The notes beneath the pieces are model-generated. The model searched no databases and was not told where the DNA came from. It saw nothing but the letters and a program-made list of their open reading frames with translations. Shown one piece after another: positions 40,050 to 57,028 of a stretch of 64,000 nucleotides of DNA; position 1 is the stretch's first letter; each line of letters opens with the position of its first letter. The translations under genes and the position numbers were made by a program. The DNA comes from Eledone cirrhosa. Its lineage: Eukaryota. The DNA lies in contig OZ024747.1 in NCBI GenBank assembly GCA_964016885.1, forward strand, positions 86,552,001 to 86,616,000, given 5' to 3'.

Positions 40050-40760
40050 AAATATTCTATCAAATAAACGGCTTTAGTATTTTCGAGAGTCCAACGTGAA
40101 AGAAAGCTAATTTGAGGTTTACACTAAAGAGGTTATTAGGTTGTAACAGACAGATAAACATTTTTAATAAAATTCTTTGACAGAAACTGAAAAGTATTAC
40201 TTTCTAGCAGCTCATCAAAACCTTCTCGACTGAAAACGATACAAACTTCCATCAACTTCTTTAGATTCATTTGGTAAGCTACATTAAAGGTATCCAGAAT
40301 AATGGATACCTGTAGTTATTTCAACAGAAATTAAGAGGAAATTCAGTTAGAGTTCAAGTTGTTTTGTTAATATCGGGAAGATTGCCCAATATATAAGTTT
40401 AATCTCGCCAACGTAGACGTAATCGATAACAGTCGTTAAGACACCCGGATGTTTGAATAAGGAACTTACATCTAACTCAGTTAATTCTAGTGCCCACGGA
40501 CCCCTCGGGCACAATGAAGACAATACATGTTTATGCACCATTTAAGACTCCTAGTTATCTTTTGGAGAAAGAAATCTTCAACGAGGGTATTCAAGGATAC
40601 TTTTACAATATATTTGATAAGAAATTGTGTTTTTTCAATTGAAGGTTGCATATTCTGGTTCCTGACAGTGATAAGAATATTCAATCAAAAACTATTAGCA
40701 TTCTGAAAATGTTTCTAAAAGATGTACTGGAGCGATAGATTTCTGTATTGCGATACCAAT
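40050..40760 (-). mobile_element. Possible ancient Penelope-like RT remnant
   Basis: Fragments ILSLSGT, KYIVKVSLNTLVE and LDVSSLF..VIDYV occur in the order of PLE RT motifs 2-3. The region is very decayed. Confidence 0.35.
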
Positions 40761-40964
40761 ATTGTAAGAAAAGGGTTTAGAATAACATTTGACCAATAGA
40801 GTTAGAATAAATCGTGTTGGACTTCAATTGGTTCCGACGTCGACTTTTCCAGTTGTTCGATCACCGGAACAGCCTGCTCATGTAAGTTACACGCAGTCCA
40901 CAGAGCATTTAACAGATAAGTAATTCTCAGGGACACTTAGTGATCGGTTCGGCATTATATATAC

Positions 40965-41225
40965 ACAGTGCATTACTGGTACTTTATTTAATCGACCTCG
41001 TAAGGATGAAAGGCAAAGATAACCTCAGCGGGATTTGAACTCAGATCATAAAGGACCGTCATCTACTGATGCTGCCAACCCATATATATATATCTGAGTT
41101 CAAATCCCGCTGAGGTTATCTTTGCCTTTCATCCTGCATGCACTCGTCCAGTGTCCGAGCATTGCTGACTTGTGGGTTTATGTCGAACACCTGCTGTCAC
41201 GTGTAGAACGGATCCGGCTATCAGC
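40965..41225. mobile_element. SINE family 1 fragment, its local inverted duplicate, and a fused Tx1 ORF2 fragment
   Basis: Positions 41003-41046 are the exact reverse complement of 41092-41135. Positions ~41131-41223 encode LHALVQCPSIADLWVYVEHLLSRVERIRLS. Confidence 0.8.
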
Positions 41226-42258
41226 AGTACAACTTCGCCAAAGAAAGCACTCGAACAAAATTAAAAACAAAAATGTGTACTTAAATGTGGATATACTACA
41301 CACACACACACACACGTGTTGTAGCGTATAACTGAGAGTGTAGGTTTTCCCTCGTTTTTGTATATTTTTATATATATATTTCTCTCTCTCTATATATATA
41401 TATGGTGGAACCAATACAGCGTTTAAGCATAAAGTATTTTTTCGAAACGAAGATATTTTTCTGTGAACATATTACCCAGTGTCAATAGCAGTTGAAAATG
41501 TCAGACAGTGCTGTTTCAAGATTCATTAATCTTCTTTTAAAGATGGAATACAGTTCTTTCTTTCCTTTCCAATGATATATGTTATTTACTATGTTTAAAA
41601 AATAAATATCAAATTAAAATATTAATGGAGTGTTTACACTTTATTTTATTTTTTATTCATTCAGTTATATTTTTGGAGTTACGAGGTTATCTCTATTTGA
41701 AATTATGCTATTTGTTGTTGCATTGTGCTTGAAAAATAAATTTGAAAACCAAATAAGCAAATATCACAGATATGACAGTTGACGTTGAGAATATCAGACA
41801 GCCCTGTTTCAGGATTCGTTAATCTTCATTAGTATTTATATATATAGTAATGAAGAAGTTTGTGTATTTGAATCTTCCATAATTTTATTGAATACCATAT
41901 TACTGTTATATACATTTCAGTCGTATCTATTATGTAATATATATGCAGATATGATCTCATCAGACAGCTGTAGTGTAATCATTTGTACAACGTGTGATAT
42001 GTCCCGGATGGGTTTTGATGTTGCTCTTTCAACACCCAGCTGACAAAGAGAGAGAGAGAGAGAGGGAGAGAGAGGGGGGGGGGGGGGCAGAGACAGAGAA
42101 AAAAGAGAGAAATATATAGACAGATAAAGATCTTAGAATTGTTTAACCTGTTGTGAGGTCACTAGTGCTAAGCTGTATCAACCTTTGACTTTTCCTTGCA
42201 AAGTATGTGCTTTCTATTAGGCTTAACGCTATCTTAGTGTTACTACCAATAAGATATG

Positions 42259-42310
<52 letters not shown>

Positions 42311-42644
42311 GTGTGTGTGTGTATGTGTGTGTTGGTGTATTTATATATGTATGCATATATGTAGGTATGTTTATATAAATGACGAAAAAAGTGATGTTTT
42401 GATTTTTCAAAAGCTACAGTCCTTAAAACCACCTGTTGGATGGGCATTCACAGAATTATAAATAATTATCAAAAATATATGTCGTCAATGTAGACAAGTC
42501 TGTTGTCTGTCGTATTCTGTACAATCCTGTTTGTTCTCACTATTTAAATAGCAATAGTGTTTTGACAGATCACTATTTTGTATTGCTCTCTTTCTCTCCG
42601 TTGCTGTCTTCTTTTTATTTTATGTTTCTCCTATTTCTTCCATT

Positions 42645-42816
<172 letters not shown>

Positions 42817-43279
42817 CTTACCTATCCCTCCATCTCTCTATATTTGTAAACAACTTGTCTTTATATACAATATCTTTATGAAGAGAAAAGAGGATCAACT
42901 AGTTTCGATCCTGTGCTAGGATTTCCGAGGAGCGTGTTTACAAATCTCATATTTCTAATTACCTCATGTATGTAAACTAGATCCATGGATGCCCATCGAC
43001 TATTCGGATTACTAGATGTTATTGAAGGGATATGATACCATATTGAAAGATTTTGAACCAATGTTAAGCTTCTGTTTTCCTTTTGGAGTATATTGCCATC
43101 TTCTCTTAAAAGTCTGAAGTATTTCCCGTCTGTTATAGGAACACTTACCTTTTGAGCATGTCTAAAAGTTATTGCCAGAAGATAGGAAAGAAATAGGTGA
43201 CCCCTAATGATAGCAGTTAAGCCACTATGTTGAATATACATCTTCCACATGCAACCATAAATGAAGGCGTCGAACACGA

Positions 43280-43500
43280 AGGTTCATTGAGGAAAGAGTC
43301 CTCAAGCACGCTTTCCAGTGGGTCCCCGCAGAAGCAAGCATTTCCAATTGATCTGGCTGGATCTCTAAGTGAAACCAGCCAAGCTCATTGGTGTTATCCA
43401 AACATTTTGTTCGGGGTCTACCTCCTCTGGGTCTCCTGCCGGTTTGTTTTGCCCGTAACATGTGTTTAGCGATTTGTTTCTGAGTCATTCTAACCATTCT
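43280..43500 (-). mobile_element. Rex3-like RTE 3' fragment
   Basis: MVRMTQKQIAKHMLRAKQTGRRPRGGRPRTKCLD..LEIQPDQLEM. Confidence 0.8.
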
Positions 43501-43539
43501 ACTATCTCGTTCAAAATTAATACCCGGTAAGGTCATTAC

Positions 43540-43950
43540 TAACTGAAGTAAATAGATGGATATGATGAGCGCAGAATTAACTAGACCAACACGCTACGAT
43601 GGTTACAGTCTTCAAGAAAGTCCTCCTGAGTATTGCAACAATGTCGGTACTTGAGTCATACTGAGTCATTCATTGAACAGCTACCGAAAGCCATCAATGC
43701 TCTTAACAGTGGTCAAGCACCAGAGAATGGTACCATTGCGCTTAAATTCAGGAAACAAGGAGAACCAGTCCTTCTGCTACATCTAAATAAACCTCTCAGT
43801 CCCTGATGAGCAGAGGGTAAGGTACCACTCACCTTTATAAACAAGAAGCTCAAAGACTTTCATCCTGACAAAGAATTAGGGCAACCGCAATGGCTGCAAG
43901 ATTTAACGCGGGATATCCCTTCTAAATATTATTGGTATGGCGGTTTTCTT
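43540..43950 (+). mobile_element. Decayed RTE RT N-terminal fragment
   Basis: EQLPKAINALNSGQAPENGTI and RGISLLNIIG motifs. Confidence 0.55.
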
Positions 43951-44720
43951 TTTCGGCTTGCCACGCAATTTCATGCGCTTAGTCCTTGAATACAGATAGA
44001 TTCATAGAGGTGCTGTAGTAGTATATGGGGTGACCAACCTACTCTAGGCTAGAATAGAGCCGATTTCTTCCAGAAAATTAGTGAGAAATGAAAAAGCGAT
44101 ATAGAGGGAAAAAATCGATCCCGTTATTGAATTGATACTTTATTTATTGACAAAATTAAACTCGATGAGATGCAAAAACGAATAACGTTAACCGAAACAA
44201 CAAGGAAACAGTTGCATTAGTTGATAACATAATAACAACACCAACAATAAAGATTTATAGAGTGATGTAAATATATTTTATCACCGAACATTGTAATTTT
44301 ATTGTATAACAAACTGTTAACTATTTCTTTCAACGAGATGTTTTTCACTTATACAGTTGCGAAAACTGACAATTTCTCATGGATTATCGTTTGCTGAGAT
44401 AATATTTTGCAAAGAAATTTAAAAGGTAAAATTTAAAAAGAAATCATTTCAATCCAAGCAAATGGTTCCCATTGAGAGAAGCAAGACATACACGGGTATC
44501 CGAAAGGTAAACAATATAAACAACGGAGAAAGAATAATATGGTTTCTAAAGAGGAATAACTAGTGAAAATTGACACATGGTGGAAAAAATTACATGATTG
44601 TGTTTGAATGCAAATAAGCATGTAGTTTTATATTCACACAGACACACACAATTATATATATAAAATATAATACTAATAATACTATTACTAATGCACATAT
44701 ATATTTCAACCGAGTCCCTC

Positions 44721-44802
<82 letters not shown>

Positions 44803-44817
44803 ATATATATATATATG

Positions 44818-44909
<92 letters not shown>

Positions 44910-44971
44910 TGATATATGTATGTATATATATATATATATATATATATTAGAATTGGAGCTCTGAAATAGCA

Positions 44972-45375
44972 ATATATATATGGATGTATATATAATGTAT
45001 TTTGCAATACACTTTATGCTTAATTAAAAACATTTTGAAGACCGTATGCTATTGTTTTAGAGTAGTGACAAATTCACTTACTTTAATCTCAGCAAACAGG
45101 GGAGATAAGCCGAACAATCGCTCAGCTCCTGATTATTTACTAGAATTCTATAAGAATATAACATCAGTAATCTCAGTAGACAGGAGGGGTAGTTAGCCTT
45201 GATAAGCTTCAACAAAAGCGAAACAAGGCCTTGTCGGCTTATCTCCCCTGTTTGCTGAGATTAAAGTAAGTGAATTTGTCACTACTCTAAAACAATAGCA
45301 TACGGTCTTCAAAATGCTTTTAATTAAGCATAAAGTGTATTGCAAAATACATTATATATACATCCATATATATAT
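44972..45375. mobile_element. Fold-back insertion of hammerhead-bearing repeat family C
   Basis: Positions ~44975-45113 are the reverse complement of 45234-~45372 with one difference seen. The outer ends are in TA repeats. Confidence 0.8.
45168..45263 (+). ncRNA. Type I hammerhead ribozyme, U3:A8 variant (family C), predicted cleavage after C45235
   Basis: Stem I AGCC/GGCU is extended by a 17-bp UAAUCUCAGUAGACAGG/CCUGUUUGCUGAGAUUA helix with G.U pairs. Core UUGAUAA (45199-45205); stem II GCUU/AAGC with loop CAACAA; then GAAAC-AAGGCCUU-GUC. Confidence 0.85.
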
Positions 45376-45383
45376 ATATATAT

Positions 45384-45736
<353 letters not shown>

Positions 45737-46035
45737 TATATATATATATATATATATATTTATTTATTTAGGTTTGTTGGTTTACCACTGGACAGAACTG
45801 GTCATTCCGTATGGTCAGCCTCGATGTAATATTATGGAAAGCACTCGACGTAATGCAACTCACCCGTCTTCGTTTGTGTAGTTGGTGGTGCGAGTACGGA
45901 GTTAATTATTATAAAATAACAGGAGGCTGGACTGGTGTAATTCCTTATAAGGTTTATTATACTATGATAATTTAACAACTTCTAGCCCGGTCGGCCGCAC
46001 TCGAGGGCGGACGACCGTGTTATATATATATAGTA

Positions 46036-46222
46036 ATAATTGCTTCTACTTTTGGCACAAGGCCAGCAATCACCCACAGCATTACTGGTACTTTATTTTA
46101 TCGACCCCGTAAGGATGAAAGGCAAAGTTAACCTCGGCGGGATTTGAACTCAGAATGGCAAGGGACGTAACTCTATGCGTCAAAGCATGGCGTCCGACCC
46201 TCTACCGATACTGCCAATCCAC
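46036..46222 (-). mobile_element. SINE family 1
   Basis: Reverse complement of the full element, with AGTAATAAT on both flanks. Confidence 0.9.
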
Positions 46223-47004
46223 CGATTTAGTAATAATAATAATAATAAATGTGAATTCGGTTGCAACGTTTTTCGAAATATTTACTTCTGCGTTCACAGA
46301 TTGATTTTTGTTTTAGTTTCAGAAGATCCCGTTAAGGGTGAAAGCAGCGATTCTTTGCTTAAACTTTAATCTGTTATTTTAATAAATAAATAAATGAATA
46401 AATAAATAAATATATATATATATATATTTATTGATTTTTCCCTGGATTTCACAAAATTCTATAGATAAATCTATGCCTTGATTTTTTAAAAATTGAGTTT
46501 GAATTATTTTCCCACATCTTACGTTAATTATTTTCCATTTTGACGTTATATTCACTTATATATTATGAAATACTGTTGGCTTCACGCTCACAATAATTTC
46601 TATACTTTCATTTATATATATATATGGTAAATAAGATACACACACAGATACATAAGTATATGTGTGTGTGGTGTCAAGCCTTGACCTGCTTTGTTTGATT
46701 ATTCCTCGCTTTTCTAGGGTTATAATTTTATTCTATGTAAATCCCTTCCCTATCTATACTCTACTTCGGCTTGGCGGATAACATAGACGAACATCACACT
46801 CTGGTATGTTTGCTTTCATACCAGGAGTTGACCTTATGTACCTTCTTTCTTATCCTCTCTATTTTTTCCACCATTGACTCCTACATTTTGAGCATAAGAC
46901 ATACATATATACGTGTACAGGCATACGGACAGGGACACATACACACACGCATGCATGCATATGTCAAGCACATTAGATTTTGGAAGTAGCAGTACACAAA
47001 GACG

Positions 47005-47088
<84 letters not shown>

Positions 47089-48767
47089 TACACACATCTA
47101 CGTACATGCACACCAAAAAAAAAACACACGCGTACGCATACCATATATACACCACAGAAAGACAAGATGCAGCAAAAAGAATAAGATCAAGATGAAGATG
47201 AGCAAGAAAAGTCAATGAGAAAGTCATAAAATGTGGACGAAAGAGATTTGACAATTAAATATGACATAAGAATCCATTTGTCAGTAAATAGGTTAGTAAC
47301 CTATGAGGAATGGATTATATGTCTATCTCAGAATAAAACTAAAGTGAAACTCAAGTTTAACAATGTTTCAATATGAGATGTAGCATAACAAATCTTTAAT
47401 TTATATACAAAAACAATGTCTACATATTTATATATTTATATATGATTATATGTATTTATATATGCATAAAAAGTAACGATAAAGATTGAATCATAAAATT
47501 TAAAGCAATATATTATCAGTATGACGTTTCAATTGCGCAAATATATATTGATTGTTTCAATTACAATTTTCTATGAATTATATATATTCATATAATCATA
47601 AAGAATTACAGGAAAGATCAAATATCACAAACATTTACAATCATGTAACTGTAAACCATAAATCATACCAATTACTAATAGTTGGATAAAACCTTTGATA
47701 ACTACATGAACAATAATGAAAAAATATATACAAATATATATCTTACTGACAACCAAACGATGTGTATATAAAATCACGATATCACTAAGGGAAGTTTTCG
47801 GCAAATTGAGGGACACTTAATTCAATGTTTATACTTGATTGTATGTATGTATGTATGTATGTATGTATGTATGTATGTATGTATGTATGTATGTATGTAT
47901 GTATGTATGTATGTGTGTGTGTATGTGTGTGTGTATGTGTGTGTGTGTGTTTGTGTGTATGCGTGTGTGCATGCGTGTGTGTGTGATGACTGTGAAGCAT
48001 TTTAACAACTCGGCTATCTCATCCCATTTATGCAGATATGCTTCCATAAAAAACTTACATATGATGGATCCTGACTCTTAATTGTTGCTCCTGCCCTAAG
48101 TTCCAATTATGCAGCTGTTTCTTAGAAACTAACCCTGTCTTTAAAAGATGAAATAAATTTAGCAAAGGCAAAAAAGCACATACCCGTTTAAATGAACACT
48201 AGTATTTAAGCTAGGAATTTCATTAAATCGATAGACAAACTGATTTGCCAAAGCAGGAATTCTTTTAATAAGATACGTTTAGATAACTTTTCTGTAAACT
48301 CCACTGATTCTGCGGTAAAAATAATTTTGTTTAAATTGCTGAAATTTAAATTAAAATCATCCATCATAATTTTATGTAAGAAACTTTGTTAATATATGCT
48401 CCCCAAAAATTGCGATTATTTTCAAAGTTAATCATTAGTGCGTCTTACATGAGGAATGTGGTAACGAATGTGCTAACAAGCTTTTGCATGGCAGAATAGC
48501 TCACACATTGCTAATTACCAGTTATGAGGAGATTAGGTTGAAATGTCATAAAGACTACCAATGCTGTATACTAGCAGCAATATAGGTAGACAATTAACGA
48601 AATAACATGATATCTACTCGAGTAAGCAGATACAATTATATTGCTGGGGAAGGAAATAGTTTTAATGCAGGTTTGAATGATATTTGTAGAAGTTTTACTT
48701 GCAGTAACAGAAAACCGAGTCCATGCTACAATTTCATCATTTCATTGCGTCTAATAAACTTCCATTA

Positions 48768-49118
48768 TAGTTACGTCCCTTTACGGTCTGAGTTCAAATC
48801 CCGTCGAGGTTAACTTTGCCTTTCATCCTTACGGGGTCGATAAAATAAAGTACCAGTAATGTACTGGGTAATTGCTGGCCTTGTGCCTAAAGTAGAAACA
48901 ATTATATTGTTAATGAAGGGTGGTGGATTGGCAGTATTGGTAGAGGGTCGGACGCCATGCTTTGACGTATAGAGTTACGGCCCTTGCCATTCTGAGTTCA
49001 AACCCCGCCAAGGTTAACTTTGCCTTTCATCCTTACGGGTCGATAAAATAAAGTACCAGTAATGCACTGGGTAATTTGCTGGCCTTATGCCTAACGTAGA
49101 AACAATTATATTGTTAAT
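48768..49118 (+). mobile_element. Two tandem SINE family 1 copies
   Basis: A truncated copy then a full copy, each followed by ATTATATTGTTAATG. Confidence 0.9.
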
Positions 49119-49343
49119 GTTCACAAAGATATATGATACACTTTCCCATTTCCATGTTTCGTAAACATTTTTCTGTCTAACAAAAATAAAACCATATCTT
49201 ATAGATGCGTTGAATAGAATTGCTTCAACCGTCCGTCCGCTTATACAAGCGAAATCTCTGATTGTTCATTGTACGACAGCTTATAGAAACAAATATATAT
49301 ATATTTATCCTTATCGAGCCCTCTTTGGATTTTATATATAAAT

Positions 49344-49414
<71 letters not shown>

Positions 49415-50122
49415 AAACAGTTTGTATAGTTCTGTGTTGGCAAACATTTGCTCTGCCAGAAGCTAATTTAACAAAGAATACTATACAACAATTTATTGGT
49501 ATTTGCATGGAAGTTAAATGGATTTCGAGAAGATAATGCATGGTGCTAGGAATCCAAGACCCATCCAAAACACTTAAGTAGTCAATAATTCCGTTTATTG
49601 TTTTGCGTGGATCATGAATATTTTTCGTTGGAAAATTTGAATTCTTTTAATGTTTCTGGTTCATGTTTTCTTGTGTACAGAACAGAGTTATTGACCTTTG
49701 ATTGTTAGTTATTTTTTCTTGTATTTTGTTATCTATTTGTCCGGCTGTTTTACATACATCTTCTCTACCAATCATAGCTGGAAGACTTCCCAGATAATTG
49801 AATTTATATTTATTTATTTTAAAATCATCTATAAGCTGCATTACCATCTTCATATCATTTGTGTCCATCCAGCCACACATCATGTTACATATATTCATAG
49901 ACATAGGTATACATACATATAAATGAATATATATACATCTTCATTATAAGTCCACACCCACACATACAAACACCGACACATATATGTGTATATATATATA
50001 TATATATATACACAAAATACAAAATACAAAATGTCGAAGCTTGATTGATTGTAAATGAATTAATTAGATAAATGTTTGAATCTCCATCTGTGACAAGACA
50101 TAATGATTTGTTTTGAAGTGGT

Positions 50123-50185
<63 letters not shown>

Positions 50186-50198
50186 ATATATATATATG

Positions 50199-50232
<34 letters not shown>

Positions 50233-50275
50233 CATATATATATACACATACACACATATATATATATTTATATAC

Positions 50276-50306
<31 letters not shown>

Positions 50307-50337
50307 CATGCACATGCGCACACACACACACGCACAT

Positions 50338-50379
<42 letters not shown>

Positions 50380-50449
50380 CCCACTACTTCAAGTCATCAA
50401 GATTAAAAAAACAAACAAACACACCAATATAACTACACGTGTCTGTCTA

Positions 50450-51520
50450 TTCGTCTGTGTGCACATGTGTGCGTGTATGTATATTGATATATATGTTCCA
50501 GGTATTGATTTTAATTTCTATTTGTACAATTTACAGTTCGATTCTAATTTACTTCTAGAGTCTACTTTAAATGCGTATTTATAGCGTATTCTGTATTCTG
50601 TCATTAGTATGGTATATTTTTTTATTTACTACTAATTCTGAATTCAATGTACATATTAATCGTGCTTTCTTCACTAAGTTTATGTAGCGACTATTTCAAT
50701 GTTATTTTTAATTTTATTTTTATTTTATTGCTGGATTGATTAATTAGTTCCATACGGGCAGCATACACGACAGTTCTCGAGTATGATGATTATGTATTTA
50801 TTGTTAGCTAGTTATTATCATTAAAGTGCTCTGCAGTGTATATATCTGTGTGTATTTGTGTGTGCATTTATGTTGATAAATTCTCTATACATCTTACTAG
50901 TAAAAATCCAACAAGTAATAGAATATTCTACTATCACGTATAATCTACATGGTATATGGTGTTAATTTCTTTGCTATCAATAATGTGCGCGAAAACCAGA
51001 TGATGAGGGTGAATGTGGCCTGGCGAAGCGCATCTTATTAGTATCAGTATAGTGGTTTGGGTTTAATATTTAATTTATGACGTTATTGTCTTACTTAATG
51101 TGTTTCAAATTTCGATCATTTCTTAGTTTTTGTTTTGTTTACTAGATGTGATATGTTTTAGAGTTAAACCTACCTTAAGGTGTTTTGTTGAATAATTGTA
51201 ATTTGCTTGGTAGGTTAGGATTGGGTTTCTTGTATTCATATACGATTATTTCGATGTTGGACAAAGCATTTAAAGAATTGTTCTCATTATTGATAATAAA
51301 ACCATGACATTTATATTGTATGGATAACGATTTCCGTTGAATGGGCTATCGTATGACGGATGTCTCTTTTAATACCATTATTTGCTGTAGTGTTAAGCCA
51401 GCATTAATTGTGTTATATATTGTGTTTTTGAAACTACGTAATTGTATTTCTGTGGTAGGTCTTAGCTGGTTCAACTTGCATTCGTTTAGCTTTATATCTA
51501 TATTGTGCGGGATTTTGAGA
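50450..51520 (-). mobile_element. Possible decayed Penelope-like 3' end
   Basis: Minus-strand fragments RPTTEIQLRSFK..ENNSLNALSNIEIIVYEYKKPNPN resemble the GIY-YIG C-terminal half, followed by a strand-biased UTR. Boundaries are uncertain. Confidence 0.3.
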
Positions 51521-51521
51521 T

Positions 51522-55797
<4,276 letters not shown>

Positions 55798-55870
55798 TAT
55801 ATATATATATATATGTGTGTGAATAAAGCCCTTATTGTATAGCAAACCATGTCACTCTTCTTTCTTGATT

Positions 55871-55956
<86 letters not shown>

Positions 55957-56117
55957 TATATATATATATATATATATAGTTATGTATGCTTCCGTTTGGG
56001 AACATGTGATGAATACACTCCAGCATACACATATTTATAGTGGCCGTACTCGAAAACGAGTTGGTAGCCACCATGTATGTATGTATGTATGTATGTATGT
56101 ATGTATGTATGTATGTA

Positions 56118-56158
<41 letters not shown>

Positions 56159-56215
56159 ATATGTATCTATATATGTGTGTATATGTAAATATATATATGT
56201 GTGCGTGCGTGTGTA

Positions 56216-56253
<38 letters not shown>

Positions 56254-56728
56254 TGTGTGCCCTGCTTGAACACATCTTTTCGAACATGAGTGTGACGTCT
56301 TTATGTATAAGCGCGAGTATGTATGTGAATGTCTTCTAATGTAAATATACGTGTGAGTATCTCTCTACACGTACTACTGTATGTATGCATGGACATAGGC
56401 ATATATAAATGAGTGTGTGATGAAAGTATCTCTATATTTGCATTTATCTGTATACATAGATATCATTAACTGCATGCGTACACATGTGAATACGTGGATG
56501 TGTTCATATATACACATTTACATATAGACGCCACAATTGAACATTCAGTCTGGTTTATGATGTTCATTTAAAATAAAAGTTAGATTTCAGCAGTAGGATT
56601 GTTGTTAGGTGTTCTGTAGTTGATTATTCGATTATATTAATATGTCAGTGATTTCCAACGTAATGGACATTAAGAAATGGAAGCCGATCTTTAATAATGG
56701 AATTACTTTAATCTCTGAATCTCTTTTT

Positions 56729-56940
56729 TCAATTTCTTGCTGTTTGCTCCAGTTTCTTCTTCATCGACATTAATCGGATGTCAGTCCTAGAGGGCAACAC
56801 GATTACTGATGTCGGTTCATCGTCTTGAACAAGGCGGTTAGTCTTCACCTTTTTTTGAAACACACTGAAGATCATGTAAATCCATGGATTGGCACAGCTG
56901 TTTAGGGTCGTAAGCAGTAGCAATATGGTGTAGGTGACGC
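56729..56940 (-). CDS. Last coding exon (TM7 + C-terminal tail) of a vasopressin/oxytocin-family GPCR (cephalotocin/octopressin receptor-like)
   Basis: Acceptor ttcatattttccAG ends at 56941 (phase 1). The exon encodes (G)VTYTILLLLTTLNSCANPWIYMIFSVFQKKVKTNRLVQDDEPTSVIVLPSRTDIRLMSMKKKLEQTARN*. LNSCxNPWIY and an intron just before TM7 are characteristic of this receptor family. Confidence 0.85.
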
Positions 56941-56996
56941 CTGGAAAATATGAAATAATAATAATAAAAACAAGAACAACAACAATAATAATAATA

Positions 56997-57027
<31 letters not shown>

Positions 57028-57028
57028 T

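Noticed and set aside
41489-41826. ~45-bp imperfect direct repeat about 295 bp apart
   Set aside because: There are only two diverged copies and no TSD, ORF or other structure, so it is likely an old local duplication.
42876-43277. 133-aa minus-strand ORF as a host exon
   Set aside because: It has no recognisable domain, a non-ATG start, and sits between repeats.
43801-43812. CTGATGAG canonical hammerhead core word (also CTGATGA at ~34592 and TGATGAG at ~51001)
   Set aside because: No matching stem II-GAAA-stem III-NUH-stem I arrangement could be built. The first lies in an RTE remnant and the second in the hAT MITE.
49560-49904. FNYLGSL-containing ORF
   Set aside because: It is possibly a very old LINE RT thumb remnant, but too decayed to classify.
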